A stretch of 64,000 nt of DNA, from NCBI RefSeq assembly GCF_009914755.1, contig NC_060932.1; one strand, given 5' to 3'. The notes below the pieces were generated by a model, which did not search any database, had not been told where the DNA came from, and worked only from the letters and a program-made list of their open reading frames with translations. Within the stretch, counting starts at the first letter, position 1; each line of letters begins with the position of its first letter. Origin of the DNA: the human T2T-CHM13v2.0 reference genome, Homo sapiens. Position numbers and translations under genes: made by a program. Positions 12,121 to 28,529 of this stretch are shown here, piece after piece.

Positions 12121-14109
12121 TGACATTCTCAATGGGTTGAAAAGAAAATATTAACTTTCAAAGTAAAACGTAAATAGAGGTAATTCCTGCAGGCAAACAG
12201 AAACCATAAACATGTATTCAGCATAGGAATAGAAGAGGAACATTTAAGATTTGGGGAATAATAACCACACCATCCTCTCCACCACCAAGTTTAGAAAGAG
12301 TTGACAGGCAGACACAAGAGTCAGACAAATGGAAATGAAAATTTCAGTTCTATTGCTGACAAATATTCACTGGAGAAATAGTTCAACATGGCCCTGCCAC
12401 TGGATTTTCTAAGATCTCTGCAGCCATCAAGTCTAGCTTGGGATAACCCACTCATGAAGAAACATGAGTTTACCAAGCTAGCTCTCCCCAGATTACTGCC
12501 TCATATTCAGTTGCCCCAAATACGTCAGGCTCCAGAGACGAAGAGAAAGAGAAATCATCTCCAGCCCTATCTGCAGAAGGCAGATCACTCTTCTACTCCA
12601 GTAAGGTGTATCTGGGTAAGGCAGGAGAAAGATATACTACAGCTAAAAGTAGGCAGATCAAAAGAGAGAACCTTAAAAAGCTAAACCTTTTCTCAACATC
12701 ACAGATCAAACATCCTTTCTCTTCCCTTGATAAGGACAAAGTACTGGATAGGGGGGCAGAGTAAAAGGATTCCATCACGAGAGGCCCCCTCATAGAAAAG
12801 AAGACATAGAAACAGCCCCTCCCCACAACTATGCATTAGGCTGACAATAGAATGAGTGATCTAGTTTAATGTAAAAAAAAAAAAAAAAGCTCTATGAAAA
12901 TAGACATTTTTAAAAACCATCCCAAAGATGAAAACCCTGAGACCCAGAGAAATGCAAAAGTTCACTCAAGTTCATCAGCATGAAACTGGTCTCCAAACTT
13001 AAGGCATAGCTTAAGTCTTGCTACTTCTACTTCCAAGCATCCATGGACTTATTCTGCAAGTCCATGCCTTCTCCAAAAGACAAAATCATGACATTGATGG
13101 TTAAATTTTGATTGGCTTTATGATTTTGATAATTGATTCACAAATTTGCTTTTGATTCTATAGTTATATACGAGCTGTGAGCACAAGGACTTTATAGCTA
13201 TCTTTATATTGCTCATATTCACATAATATTAAAGTAAAAAAATCTCAACAATGAAAATCTATGAGATATTTTTGTCTTTTAAAATGGCAATATACGTGAT
13301 TAATATTTAAGAATTATTACTCGACTCCATAATGCATCTCAAGAAAATGATATTTGTCTCAGAAAATTCTGAAAGGAGTATGTGGTGTGGCTTTTGGGAA
13401 GAGATTAAAAAATAAGAGATTTGTTTGGGGCTTATTTTAATAAGAATGTAAGAAATGTGAAACTACAGTATTAAAGAGTATTAGTAACCAGGGGCCAGAT
13501 GTCCAGGTTATAAGCTAATATAAAAATCTACCCTGAGAAAGACATTAAATGCAATGCATTTTCACAGTTCTCCTACACACTTTTAAGCAAGGCTATCGAG
13601 ATAAAAAGCAATTATCAATCATTTTCAGTTTGATGGCAGATTAAAATAGGGAATAAGGAAGCCTCGTTGTTCAGCAGACTAGGAACACATTATTTAATCA
13701 GAACTTTTTATGGGACTGACTGGGCAGTTTTCCCCAGGGAAACTACTGTCAGCAAAGCCTTTGGCTGACTAATGGGCTGACAGGTTTTACTCCCTGTGGA
13801 GAGCTGTTTCTATCTGTGGTCCTGAAGCTCATTAACCAAACTGACTGATATATTTGCTCAAAAATGGGTAACCCCAGGTTCTGATCATTGCACTTTAAAA
13901 GGGAGTGTGGGTAACGAATATTTTTTAAAATCCCAGAATCTCCAGTTACCTATCAAACTATTTCTGGGGGATTTTCAAACTTTGGAGCTCCACCAGGAAA
14001 CCCTCATGAGCAAGGCTCCAGGCACACTGGGGAATCAGCAAAGTCTGTCTTTGTGTACTGTCATGATGGAGAGCTTAGTCTTCATGATCACACAGGCTGG
14101 AGGCTGGTA

Positions 14110-14250
14110 TGCAACTCACGTATCTGTATGAGCTTAGATAAATCACCTTAAATTTCTCACCTTTCGTGTCCTCATCTTTAAAATGAGGATGGAAGAATTT
14201 AAATTGCATAATGTATGGAAAGCACTTAGCACAAATCCTGGTATATTGTC
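14110..14250 (+). mobile_element. MIR fragment
   Basis: CCTCATCTTTAAAATGAGGAT and AAAGCACTTAGCACA. Confidence 0.7.
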
Positions 14251-15641
14251 CTATTCCACGTGGCCTTTCCTATGAACCTGCACACAGTACCAGGGCTGGC
14301 CTCCAACAGCCTCAACCCTAAAATGCCCAACAGTGGATACTTCCGCAGCCAAGATTCACCACTTACATCCAACACCAAAATAAAATCCAGATAAAGAAGT
14401 CAATATAAAACTTCCAATTAAAAAAATAGAAAAAAATGTAGATAAATAGTTATGTGATCTCTAGATGGTGGTGACATTTTGGAATGGGATTCTTTTATAT
14501 AATTTACAATATTTTAAAGTTTTCTGTAGTACATATTTTTATTTTCCAATTTAAAAATATAATTTAAAAATCAAGACCACTACCAAGAACACACTACCTA
14601 AACTATGGAGGGATAATAAAATTTATATAGTAATCTTCTGGCTCTCTTTTTCTATTTTTCTCACATGATAAAAATCTACTGCATATTTTCCTGTTTTTTG
14701 ATAGAGGAGCTAGGCATATTTTGCTACCTAGTTCTATTCTTTCTCTGTTCCTCTGCCCAGCTATGATCACCTTCCTGTATTCATTTCCTAAGTACATGGC
14801 AGAGAATTCTCATTTTACTCGAAACAGGCGTATTTAATTGGGCCACGTGCATCAGATTGACCATTAAAAAACAACAATGGTTGCTCTTTTCTTCCAGTGT
14901 CCTATGTGTATACACAATCCTGCCCTAACATTCAAACGTCATACTTGTAAATTCTGCTTTTAACTCAAATAATCCTATACTTGGATATATCCTCAAGCTT
15001 TCTACTAAACTGACAGGAATCTAGAAATTTTTCTATTGATGGTAGTGGCAAAAAAATTTCAGGTTTATATTTATAAATAGGCAAAGGAGGCTGTAATATA
15101 TCCACCCCTAATATCAGAATACCGGCCAGAGAGGTGAGGGGGTTGAGCATTTTCCTATTCAGAAATCCTCTAGGACAAACATGTTAAGAATTAAAACTTT
15201 CTGGTAAATGGATTTGTTGGGTCACTTTCCTGCTTGAATGAAGTACCTTCAGTGAGATGACAAATCCTAGCGCAATAAGGTGAAGGGCACAGGAAAGAGA
15301 TTGTTAATGAGACTGAAAAAAAGAAATACCAGATGCCAAATCTTCCTTCACATTATTTCTAGATATGTGCAAGATATATGCAAATTGTCTTCCTTCCTTT
15401 CTCTCTCTTTCTTTTTTTTTAATTTTTTATTTTTTTATTATACTTTAAGTTTTAGGGTACATTTGCACATTGTGCAGGTCAGTTACATATGTATACATGT
15501 GCCATGCTGGTGCGCTGCACCCACTAAATCGTCATCTAGCATTAGGTATATCTCCCAATGCTATCCCTCCCCCCTCCCCCCACCCCACCACAGTCCCCAG
15601 AGTGTGATATTCCCCTTCCTATGTCCATGTGATCTCATTGT

Positions 15642-19462
<3,821 letters not shown>

Positions 19463-19525
19463 TATGATGTTAGCTGGTTATTTTGCTCGTTAGTTGATGC
19501 AGTTTCTTCCTAGTCTCGATGGTCT

Positions 19526-20542
19526 TTACATTTTGGCATGATTTTGCAGTGGCTGGCACCGGTTGTTCCTTTCCATGTTTAGCACTTCCTTCAGGAGCTC
19601 TTGTAAGGCAGGCCTAGTGGTGACAAAATCTCTCAGCATTTGCTTGTCTGTAAAGTATTTTATTTCTCCTTCACTTATGAAGCTTAGTTTGGCTGGATAT
19701 GAAATTCTGGGTTGAAAATTCTTTTCTTTAAGAATGTTGAATATTGGCCCCCACTCTCTTCTGGCTTGTAGGGTTTCTGCCGAGAGATCTGCTGTTAGTC
19801 TGATGGGCTTCCCTTTGAGGGTAACCCGACCTTTCTCTCTGGCTGCCCTTAACATTTTTTCCTTCATTTCAACTTTGGTGAATCTGACAATTATGTGTCT
19901 TGGAGTTGCTCTTCTCGAGGAGTATCTTTGTGGCATTCTCTGTATTTCCTGAATCTGAACGTTGGCCTGCCTTGCTAGATTGGGGAAGTTCTCCTGGATA
20001 ATATCCTGCAGAGTGTTTTCCAACTTGGTTCCATTCTCCCCATCACTTTCAGGTACACCAATCAGACGTGGATTTGGCCTTTTCACATAGTCCCATATTT
20101 CTTGGAGGCTTTGCTCATTTCTTTTTATTCTTTTTTCTCTAGACTTCCCTTCTCGCTTCATTTCATTCATTTCATCTTCCATTGCTGATACCCTTTCTTC
20201 CAGTTGATCGCATCGGCTCCTGAGGCTTCTGCATTCTTCACGTAGTTCTCAAGCCTTGGTTTTCAGCTCCATCAGCTCCTTTAAGCACTTCTCTGTATTG
20301 GTTATTCTAGTTATACATTCTTCTAAATTTTTTTCAAAGTTTTCAACTTCTTTGCCTTTGGTTTGAATGTCCTCCCGTAGCTCAGAGTAATTTGATCGTC
20401 TGAAGCCTTCTTCTCTCAGCTCGTCAAAGTCATTCTCCATCCAGCTTTGTTCCATTGCTGGTGAGGAACTGCGTTCCTTTGGAGTAGGAGAGGCACTCTG
20501 CGTTTTAGAGTTTCCAGTTTTTCTGTTCTGTTTTTTCCCCAT
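19526..20542 (-). pseudogene. L1 ORF1p, full 338-codon frame with one premature stop
   Basis: MGKKQNRKTGNSK...REKG...ARR...YPAKLS; both ORF-track pieces share a frame; CGA>TGA at codon 98 (20249-20251). Confidence 0.95.
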
Positions 20543-20846
20543 CTTTGTGGTTTTATCTACTTTTGGTCTTTGATGATGGTGATGTACAGATGGGTTTTTG
20601 GTGTGGATGTCCTTTCTGTTTGTTAGTTTTCCTTCTAACAGACAGGACCCTCAGCTGCAGGTCTGTTGGAATACCCTGCCGTGTGAGGTGTCAGTGTGCC
20701 CCTGCTGGGGGGTGCCTCCCAGTTAGGCTGCTCGGGGGTCAGGGGTCAGGGACCCACTTGAGGAGGCAGTCTGCCCATTCTCAGGTCTCCAGCTGCGTGC
20801 TGGGAGAACCACTGCTCTCTTCAAAGCTGTCAGACAGGGACATTTC

Positions 20847-20968
20847 CTCTCTCTTTCTTTCTTTTTCTTTCTTTCTTTCTCTCTCTCCCTCCCTCTTTCT
20901 CTCTCTTTCTTTTCTTTCTCTCTTTCTCCCTTTTTCTTTCTTTCTTTCTTTCCTTCCTTCTTTCTTTC

Positions 20969-21054
<86 letters not shown>

Positions 21055-21092
21055 CACCCCCACTCTCCTTCTCTTTCTTTTTGCCCTTCTTT
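20847..21092 (+). repeat. (TTTC)n / CT-rich microsatellite, expanded tail of the adjacent AluJ
   Basis: Directly visible; long perfect TTTC run around 20970-21046. Confidence 0.95.
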
Positions 21093-21094
21093 CT

Positions 21095-21379
<285 letters not shown>

Positions 21380-21559
21380 TGTCAATTTTTAATAATAGTC
21401 TCATAACCAATCTTCTGAATCTAGAAATGTTTTATATAAAGAAATTCTAATTTTTCAAAAGCTATCTGGTCTCATCATCAGGAAATAGAGGCAAAAAAAA
21501 CCAAAACAAAACCCAAAAAAACCAAAATGCTATCTGGACCTAGAACTCAGAAAAAATGA

Positions 21560-21720
21560 AGAAAGGCTGGGTTTTAGTAATTTAGGTCTGGGTGTCACCA
21601 CTAACCAATATCTGCCTTGCATAAGCCCATTTATCTCCTTAAGCATTGGGATTACTCTTGTGTAAAATGAGAAGTTAAAGAAATTCAGAAAGGCGTCTTA
21701 CAGTTCTAATATGCCATAAT
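21560..21720 (+). mobile_element. MIR fragment
   Basis: CTTGTGTAAAATGAGAAG and flanking degenerate MIR motifs. Confidence 0.5.
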
Positions 21721-22106
21721 TCAGTGGTAAACTTAGTTTGAATGACACATGAGCAAAGGTTAAAATTAAAATGGCCTGTTCGATTTATAGACTCATGGAA
21801 TGAGATTTGGAAGAGACCTCAAAGATTACCTCGGGATCACAAAATCTAACCTTGGCATTGGGAGATGACAGATTTATTTCAAAAGAGAATGTTATGCAAT
21901 AAGTAATTGTAGCCAAAGATTTTTAAAATAAAAAGCATATGAGAAGAATATTATTTCTGTTTCACTATTTTGCTTGTGGAAATGTCAGACTGGGAGAAAA
22001 ATATGTTTTCTCATTATTTCAGAAAGAGAACTACCATTCATTTTATGCTTATTATTTTGTGGGTATTTTGAAAGGTCTTTCACACATTTTTAAGTTTGAT
22101 AAATCA

Positions 22107-22415
<309 letters not shown>

Positions 22416-23831
22416 GCTTATAAGATGTATTAATATCCCTATATAAGTTATCAGGAAAATGGAATTCAGAGATGTAAGATACTATGTATAGGTTACTTAA
22501 TTGATTCAAGTTGACTATCTAGCAAGTGCAAATTCACACATATTCAAACCAAGGTTGATTTGGCTTTAAAATCCATGCTCATTTTACTCTATGACATAAC
22601 TTGTCTGATTTTGATTGTCTTGACAGGTAAGTTTTATACAGTGTGTACTCGACATGGCTTACATTTGATTAGGATGTTCATCTTGGATAAGGCACATGCC
22701 ATTGCATTTCATTCTATCTGATTGTTCATTTCTTCCTTAAAAATATAAATTAATCCACAGAAAAAAATGATCTACTTCACTAATATTCAGCCTTACTAAC
22801 TTCAAGGGTATGATATTGTCTATAAAAGATACTCTGGAGTTATGCTGAAATTGTTTGAAATTTTCCAGTCATTTTTATCCTTCATTGGTTATCACCTTAA
22901 TAGTCTTCAATTTCATAGTTATTTCAGATTCATGGTAGAAAACCATAAAGGTGCATAAAGCCAAATATTTTAAATCTAGGGGATTTATAACTACATTTTT
23001 CTTCAGTTCAATATTTATTGTTTTTATTCTGCATATCCTAATACCACAGGTTAGATACTTCTCAAAACATATCTGTGGTCATACATGGACTGGAATTTTT
23101 GTATTTTTTTACAATCCTTTTAAGTGTATGTTTGAATGTTCTTTTGTCTTAAGTATGTAGTTATTGAGAGAATTGGGAATATAAGTAAAGTTTAACTTAA
23201 ACTTGGAATTATAAAACATAACAGATATTAGAGTAGAGAATATATAATATTTAATCTCACGTCTCCAAAACAATAAATTATCATATTAAGATAGTTCTAA
23301 TTGAAAATTGGGATGAATATCTTCTGGCAATATGGCTACTCTTAGACACTTAAATATGCATCATTAAAATGGCCAAAAAATGAAGGAAATATATACATAT
23401 GTATATGTATACATTTGTACACTTATCATTAGGATAAGATTAAATAAACAAGATTAAATAAAACACACCCACCTCTATATACATCATAGTAAAACTGGAG
23501 AACAATAAAGAAAGGAGATAATAAAATAGCCAGAGTAAAATCAAATCACCTAAAAATCTATTGATTATCATATTTACACCTGATTTCTCCTGAGCAACAA
23601 TGGAATTCAGAAGACAATGGAATACTATCTTTAATGAGATGAAGGAAAAACATCCAGACCAAGAAGTTTATACTTGGCAAAACTTATTTTTAAGAACAAT
23701 CTCAAAATAAAGATATATCTAAGAAAGATAGAAATATCAAAATTATGTGCATAAAATAATAACAGTGATTATTTTGGGGCATTGTGATTGTCACAATATT
23801 ATATTTATACATAAGTGCTTATGGTAAGACA

Positions 23832-25213
23832 TAGGTGGCTGTGGCTTTGCATGATAATGTAGGATCATAAAACTGCCATGCAAGCTGAAATCTTACAAAG
23901 TGACCTTAATAATCAATGGAGAAAATTAAATTTGTTCCATGACCTTTAAAAGTTTTTGTCAAAACATTAAATAATTTCTTTCTGTCAGTTATAAATATAT
24001 AGCAAAATGAAGAAAATAATAAAACTAACATTTATTAAATACCACTGTTATTGAAAACATTAGAAACTTTGTGACTAAAAGTGTCTTATTCTTTGTAAAA
24101 ACTCATCAAGAGTGGTCTGAACAGTGCTTGCCTTCTTCTCATTGTATAAATTAGAACACAGAGCAAACATCTTTCTCATGCCTTGACAAATTTTAATGCT
24201 CAATTCTAAGTTTGTATCAGCTTCCAGCATTGTATCTTTTGTGCTTTCAATGTGACCAAGAATTGGTTTAATACATTTTTTTGCCAGCATCACCTACTCT
24301 GGGGTATCTTTTGTCACTACCACTTTCCTCATTTATGTTGACAAGTTCATTTTCACTAAGTTTCTCTAGCTGTGTATCTGTAGTCTCTTAAACAATAGTA
24401 ATGTCAAAATTCTCACAGGCAACTATTTCTTCTATAACTCCATTTACATGTGATTCAAATTTCACTGGCATCTTTGTTATTTTTTGGGTTTTTTTTGCTG
24501 CACTTTCACCTTTGGCCAATTCTCTTATGATTTCCATTTTTTAAAAATGCTGCGCTAGTTTATTACTGGAAGACTAGGGTGAATACTACATGCTTTGCCA
24601 TTTATAAATAAACTGAGCAACAGGTATCCAGTGACCAATCACTGTCAGACTTTGAAAAAATGATGTGATTGGTAACTGATCAGATTAGCATTGATTATTT
24701 TCACATTCATTTGTAGAATGAAGAATTAGGAGCAAAGTTTGTATTTATGCAATTACAGTTAATATAGCATAGTTAGTAAAATGTGCGCTGTGCTGATGTA
24801 AGGTTTGTGTGTGTGTGTATGTATATATATATTTTTTTCTTTTTTTTTTTTTTTTTGAGATGGAGTCTCTCTCTGTTGCCCAGGCTGGAGTGCCGTGGTG
24901 CGAACTCGGCTCGCTGCAAGCTCCGCTTCCCCAGGTTCACGCCATTCTCCTGCCTCAGCCTTGTGAGTAGCTGGGACTACAGGCACCCGCCACCACATCT
25001 GGCTAATTTTTGTATTTTCAGTAGAGATGGGGTTTCACTGTGTTAGCCAGGATGATCTCGATCTCCTGACCTCGTGATCCAACCACCTCAGTCTCCCAGA
25101 GTGCTGGGATTACAGGCGTGAGCCACCACGCCCGGCCTAAGGTTTGTATATTTAAGTAAACCATGGTAACTGAAATTTGTGCATATCAGAAACATGCAAA
25201 GTGAGGATGCTTA
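23832..25213 (-). mobile_element. Tigger-family (Tigger13a-like) pogo DNA transposon, internally deleted
   Basis: Degenerate TIRs (TAGGTGGCTGTGGCTTTGCATG / CATGCAAAGTGAGGATGCTTA); minus ORF 24075-24293 resembles a pogo transposase C-terminus ending QTTLDEFL. Confidence 0.75.
24832..25137 (-). mobile_element. AluY
   Basis: Y diagnostics GCAAGCTCCGC, GTTCACGCCATTCTC, GTTAGCCAGGATG; TSD TAAGGTTTGT at 24799 and 25138. Confidence 0.95.
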
Positions 25214-26977
25214 CATGTGATAAGCTGTATGATTCAACTATATTTCCTACAATTAACATGTATCACTTTTGAAATAAATATGACAATTTTCAGACCAACA
25301 AAATTTGAGAGTGTTTACCACCAACAGTCATTAAGAAAAGTAATTCTAAAGGACTGTGCTTCTAGTAGAAAGAAAATAATAGCAAATAGGAGATCTGAGA
25401 TGCAAGAAGGAAAGAGGAGAAAAAATATTGTAAATATGTGGGTATATCTTTTTAAATGACCTTATTAAAATGTAAAATGCGAACGAACAAGATAGAATTT
25501 AAACACTGGGGAAAAATTCATTAATTTGGAAGAGTTGTAATCAGAAATGAATTATTCTAATATATTTTACTGTGCAGAATAAAAATAAAGATATCAATTA
25601 CTTTAAGTATGTATGTATGTTAAAACAGCTAGAGTAAGCAATAAAAGAATATAGAGAGAGCATATACATTCCCAAAACTGGAAGAAAGAAAATAGAAAAG
25701 AAATAAATTAGAAATTTAAACAACAGAGACAGAAAGAAGGGGAGAGATAGATATAAAATAAACAGAAAAAGTAGAAAATAAATAGTAAATTGGAACTAAT
25801 AATATCTATTTCACACATTGCATGAAGATTAAATAATATAATGCATGTAAACATTGTGTTTACTAGTGACAATTGCATTTCAGGCATATATCAGGTGTTT
25901 AATACGTTAGTTGAATCTGAATCAGAGGTTCATTATGCATGTGGGATGAAAGAGGAATTTTCCCTCTTCCGAATTTCTGAAATAGATCTTAGAGCCAGAT
26001 CAGATTTGAAAATAAGTGAATGCAACATTAGCTCTACAACATTAAAATGTGCAATTGCTTGTCTACCAAGTAGGATATTTGTGACATGTAGAATTTGCAC
26101 ACACAGTATAATTATAATACACTTATGCAATTTTGGGTTGGGTCTACTGATAGAACCTCTGGGTGCTCCAAATGGCTGGCCATGAGTTTAGTACTAAAGT
26201 CTTAAGACACACAGGGCCTTAACTCTAATAGCCACCACTGGAGTTCTTCACTAGGTTGATGTCCATGTCCAGTGAAAAAATGCACACCCAGTGCCTGTCC
26301 TCTCTTTCTTAGAGATCTTCAGATCTGGAGCAAATAAAACTTGGTTCTCCTTTGATCATGGCTGGCGGTGGGTGGTGGGGGAAGATGGGGGGTGTGGCAG
26401 GGGTTCCTACCTTAGAGTACAGAATTTAATTTTGGATCTGGTAACTGGACTGAGTCCAAGTGAGCTAGTAATCACTCGAGACAGTGAACTAGGTTGAAAC
26501 AGAAAACTAGGATAAAGCCCAGAGAAAATTAAAATTATTAAAATTAGGAAAAATTACTGCCATGAGAAACATCAAAGAAGTTTGTTGCTTATCCTAGGAA
26601 AAGAAAAAGGTTCATCATGGAATATGATATATTTAATAAAAAGTATCCACCCCATAGAAAACTGGTGGTTGATATAAAACAGGTTTTGGGTTTCATTTAA
26701 GAATGCACATGGCAGGGATTTTCATAAGGCACTAAGCATAGATTCTCCAATGTAAAAGTGAGTGAAAGCAATGTTACCAACAAAGGTCATGAAGGTTCTT
26801 TCTCTGAAGACTTTGGGGAATAAGAGAAGAAAAAGGAGAACTACTTTTCCTTGAGCACCTATTCATAATGTGGCAAGACAAGATAAGGGTATAGATATAG
26901 GTTTGCTATGTAAGATGCGGGCATGGATAGATAGATGATAAATATACAGTTAGAGAAGAAGACACAATGATTTCTGA

Positions 26978-27058
26978 ACAATCATTTGAGAATGAAGAAT
27001 TATCCATCCCATTTTATTTACAATCATTTGAGAATGAAGAATTATCCATCCCATTTTA
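26978..27058. repeat. Perfect 39-bp direct duplication with a TTT spacer
   Basis: ACAATCATTTGAGAATGAAGAATTATCCATCCCATTTTA at 26978-27016 and 27020-27058. Confidence 0.95.
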
Positions 27059-27190
27059 CACTAGAGAAAACTAAGAATCAGAGATATTTAGAATTTTGCC
27101 TAAAGTCATACTACTATACAATGAAGGAACTAAGACTCCAGTTTAGGGCTCTCTGATGGCAGTTTCTCTGCTCTTTACTCTATCCCTACT
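26978..27190 (-). mobile_element. MIR
   Basis: CCCATTTTACACTAGAGAAAACTAAG...TTGCCTAAAGTCATAC MIR core. Confidence 0.7.
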
Positions 27191-27300
27191 TGCAGGTCTG
27201 TTTGAGCTGATTTCACTGAATGCAGTCCTGCCTCCAAGTGAGTGGTAGCATGGTAGACAACCCAAGCTTTTCTAAACTCATACTTAAGATTTTTTCAGTA

Positions 27301-27631
27301 CAGAAGTGGCAAATATTCTCTGTAAGGATCAGAGAGTAAGTGTTTTATGCTTTGCATGCCATATGGTCTCTGTCACAACTGTGCTGCCATTGTTGCATGT
27401 AAACAGTCATATATACCATAAATGAATGAGCATGGCTGTGTTCCAATAAAACTTTACTTATGGACACTGAAATGTGAATTTTATTTCATTCTCAGGCATA
27501 ACAAAATAGTAATCTTCTTTTGATTTTTCCCCAACCATCTAAAAATGTACAAAATATTCTTAGCTCATGGGCTTTACAAAACAGGAAAGCAGGTCAGATG
27601 TGGCTGATGGGCCATAGTTTGCCAACTCCTA
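27301..27631. mobile_element. MER58B-like hAT-Charlie element
   Basis: GGCAAATATTCTCTGTAA ... GGCTGTGTTCCAATAAAACTTTA ... GGCCATAGTTTGCCAACTCCT; ~330 bp. Confidence 0.85.
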
Positions 27632-28529
27632 GAAAAATCTACAGGAGGCCATTGGCCTCTGTGGCTTTTACTGCCTAGTTTGCAGAAAGTGAAAGCAGTC
27701 TTCCTTGATTAGGCAGCTGAATAAAATCTGGGCTGGAATCTGCTCGAAAACAAGTAGTTTTAATGAATGGTCTTCCTTTGTCTATGCTTGGCAAGATTGT
27801 TTGCAATCAGGCATGTTCTTTGGATTACATTTAGCAGTTGGAGGTAATCACACTAGGCATTGGTTCATTAGCTTCACAATCAGAAGCTTTTGGCATCAAG
27901 GATTTAACAGTCCAAAAAAGGCCACTGGTTAGAAAGAATGTGAATTCAGTCTTTAATCCCAAATTCTCCTGGAAAAAAAACAAAATATCTGAATAAATAT
28001 TATTGACAAGTCACTTTTCAAAAATAAATATATCTGGAGAAAATATGAAGTTCATAAAAATGAAAGTTTGACAAGTATGGGCATGTCTTGAGCTCCTGGG
28101 AATTTAAAAGGAGATAGACCATTTTCTTAAAAGGTTTAGGGATTAGGAAAGAGCACATATCAGATCTGAGGTCTTCAGTGGTTTTCAGTTCTTTCAGTTC
28201 TAATTCAAACAAAACTTGAGACTAATTATTCTGGCCCTATGGGGTTTACAGCAGGAAAATACTCAGTTTTAGGTTTACCAGTTTGCTTATATTGCAAGTA
28301 TTTTAGGAGATAATTATTGCACAAATCCTCAACTCCTATTTATATCTCTACCTGTTGTATAAAAGCAACCACCAAGGACAGCTTGAGATTTGCTTCTTCC
28401 TCTAAAATCAGAGTCCTGGACTCAAATTAAAGTTTCTATTCAATAGCTGTTGACAGGAGCAGGGGCTACCTACTTTTTATTCCTTCTGGAAAGAGATACC
28501 AGGCCATTATTGGCCTTAAATATTCTTGC

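Larger units (their letters stand above)
23290..25800 (+). mobile_element. Ancient L1M ORF1-region fragment interrupted by a Tigger element
   Basis: GCAACAATGGAATTCAGAAGACAATGGAAT before the Tigger, and GAGATCTGAGATGCAAGAAGGAA and related L1M motifs after it. Confidence 0.6.

Noticed and set aside
12388-12684. 98-aa ATG ORF in apparently unique sequence
   Set aside because: No recognisable homology or exon structure; length is within chance expectation.
12873-12888. Isolated poly(A) run as another solo insertion
   Set aside because: No flanking target-site duplication is visible.
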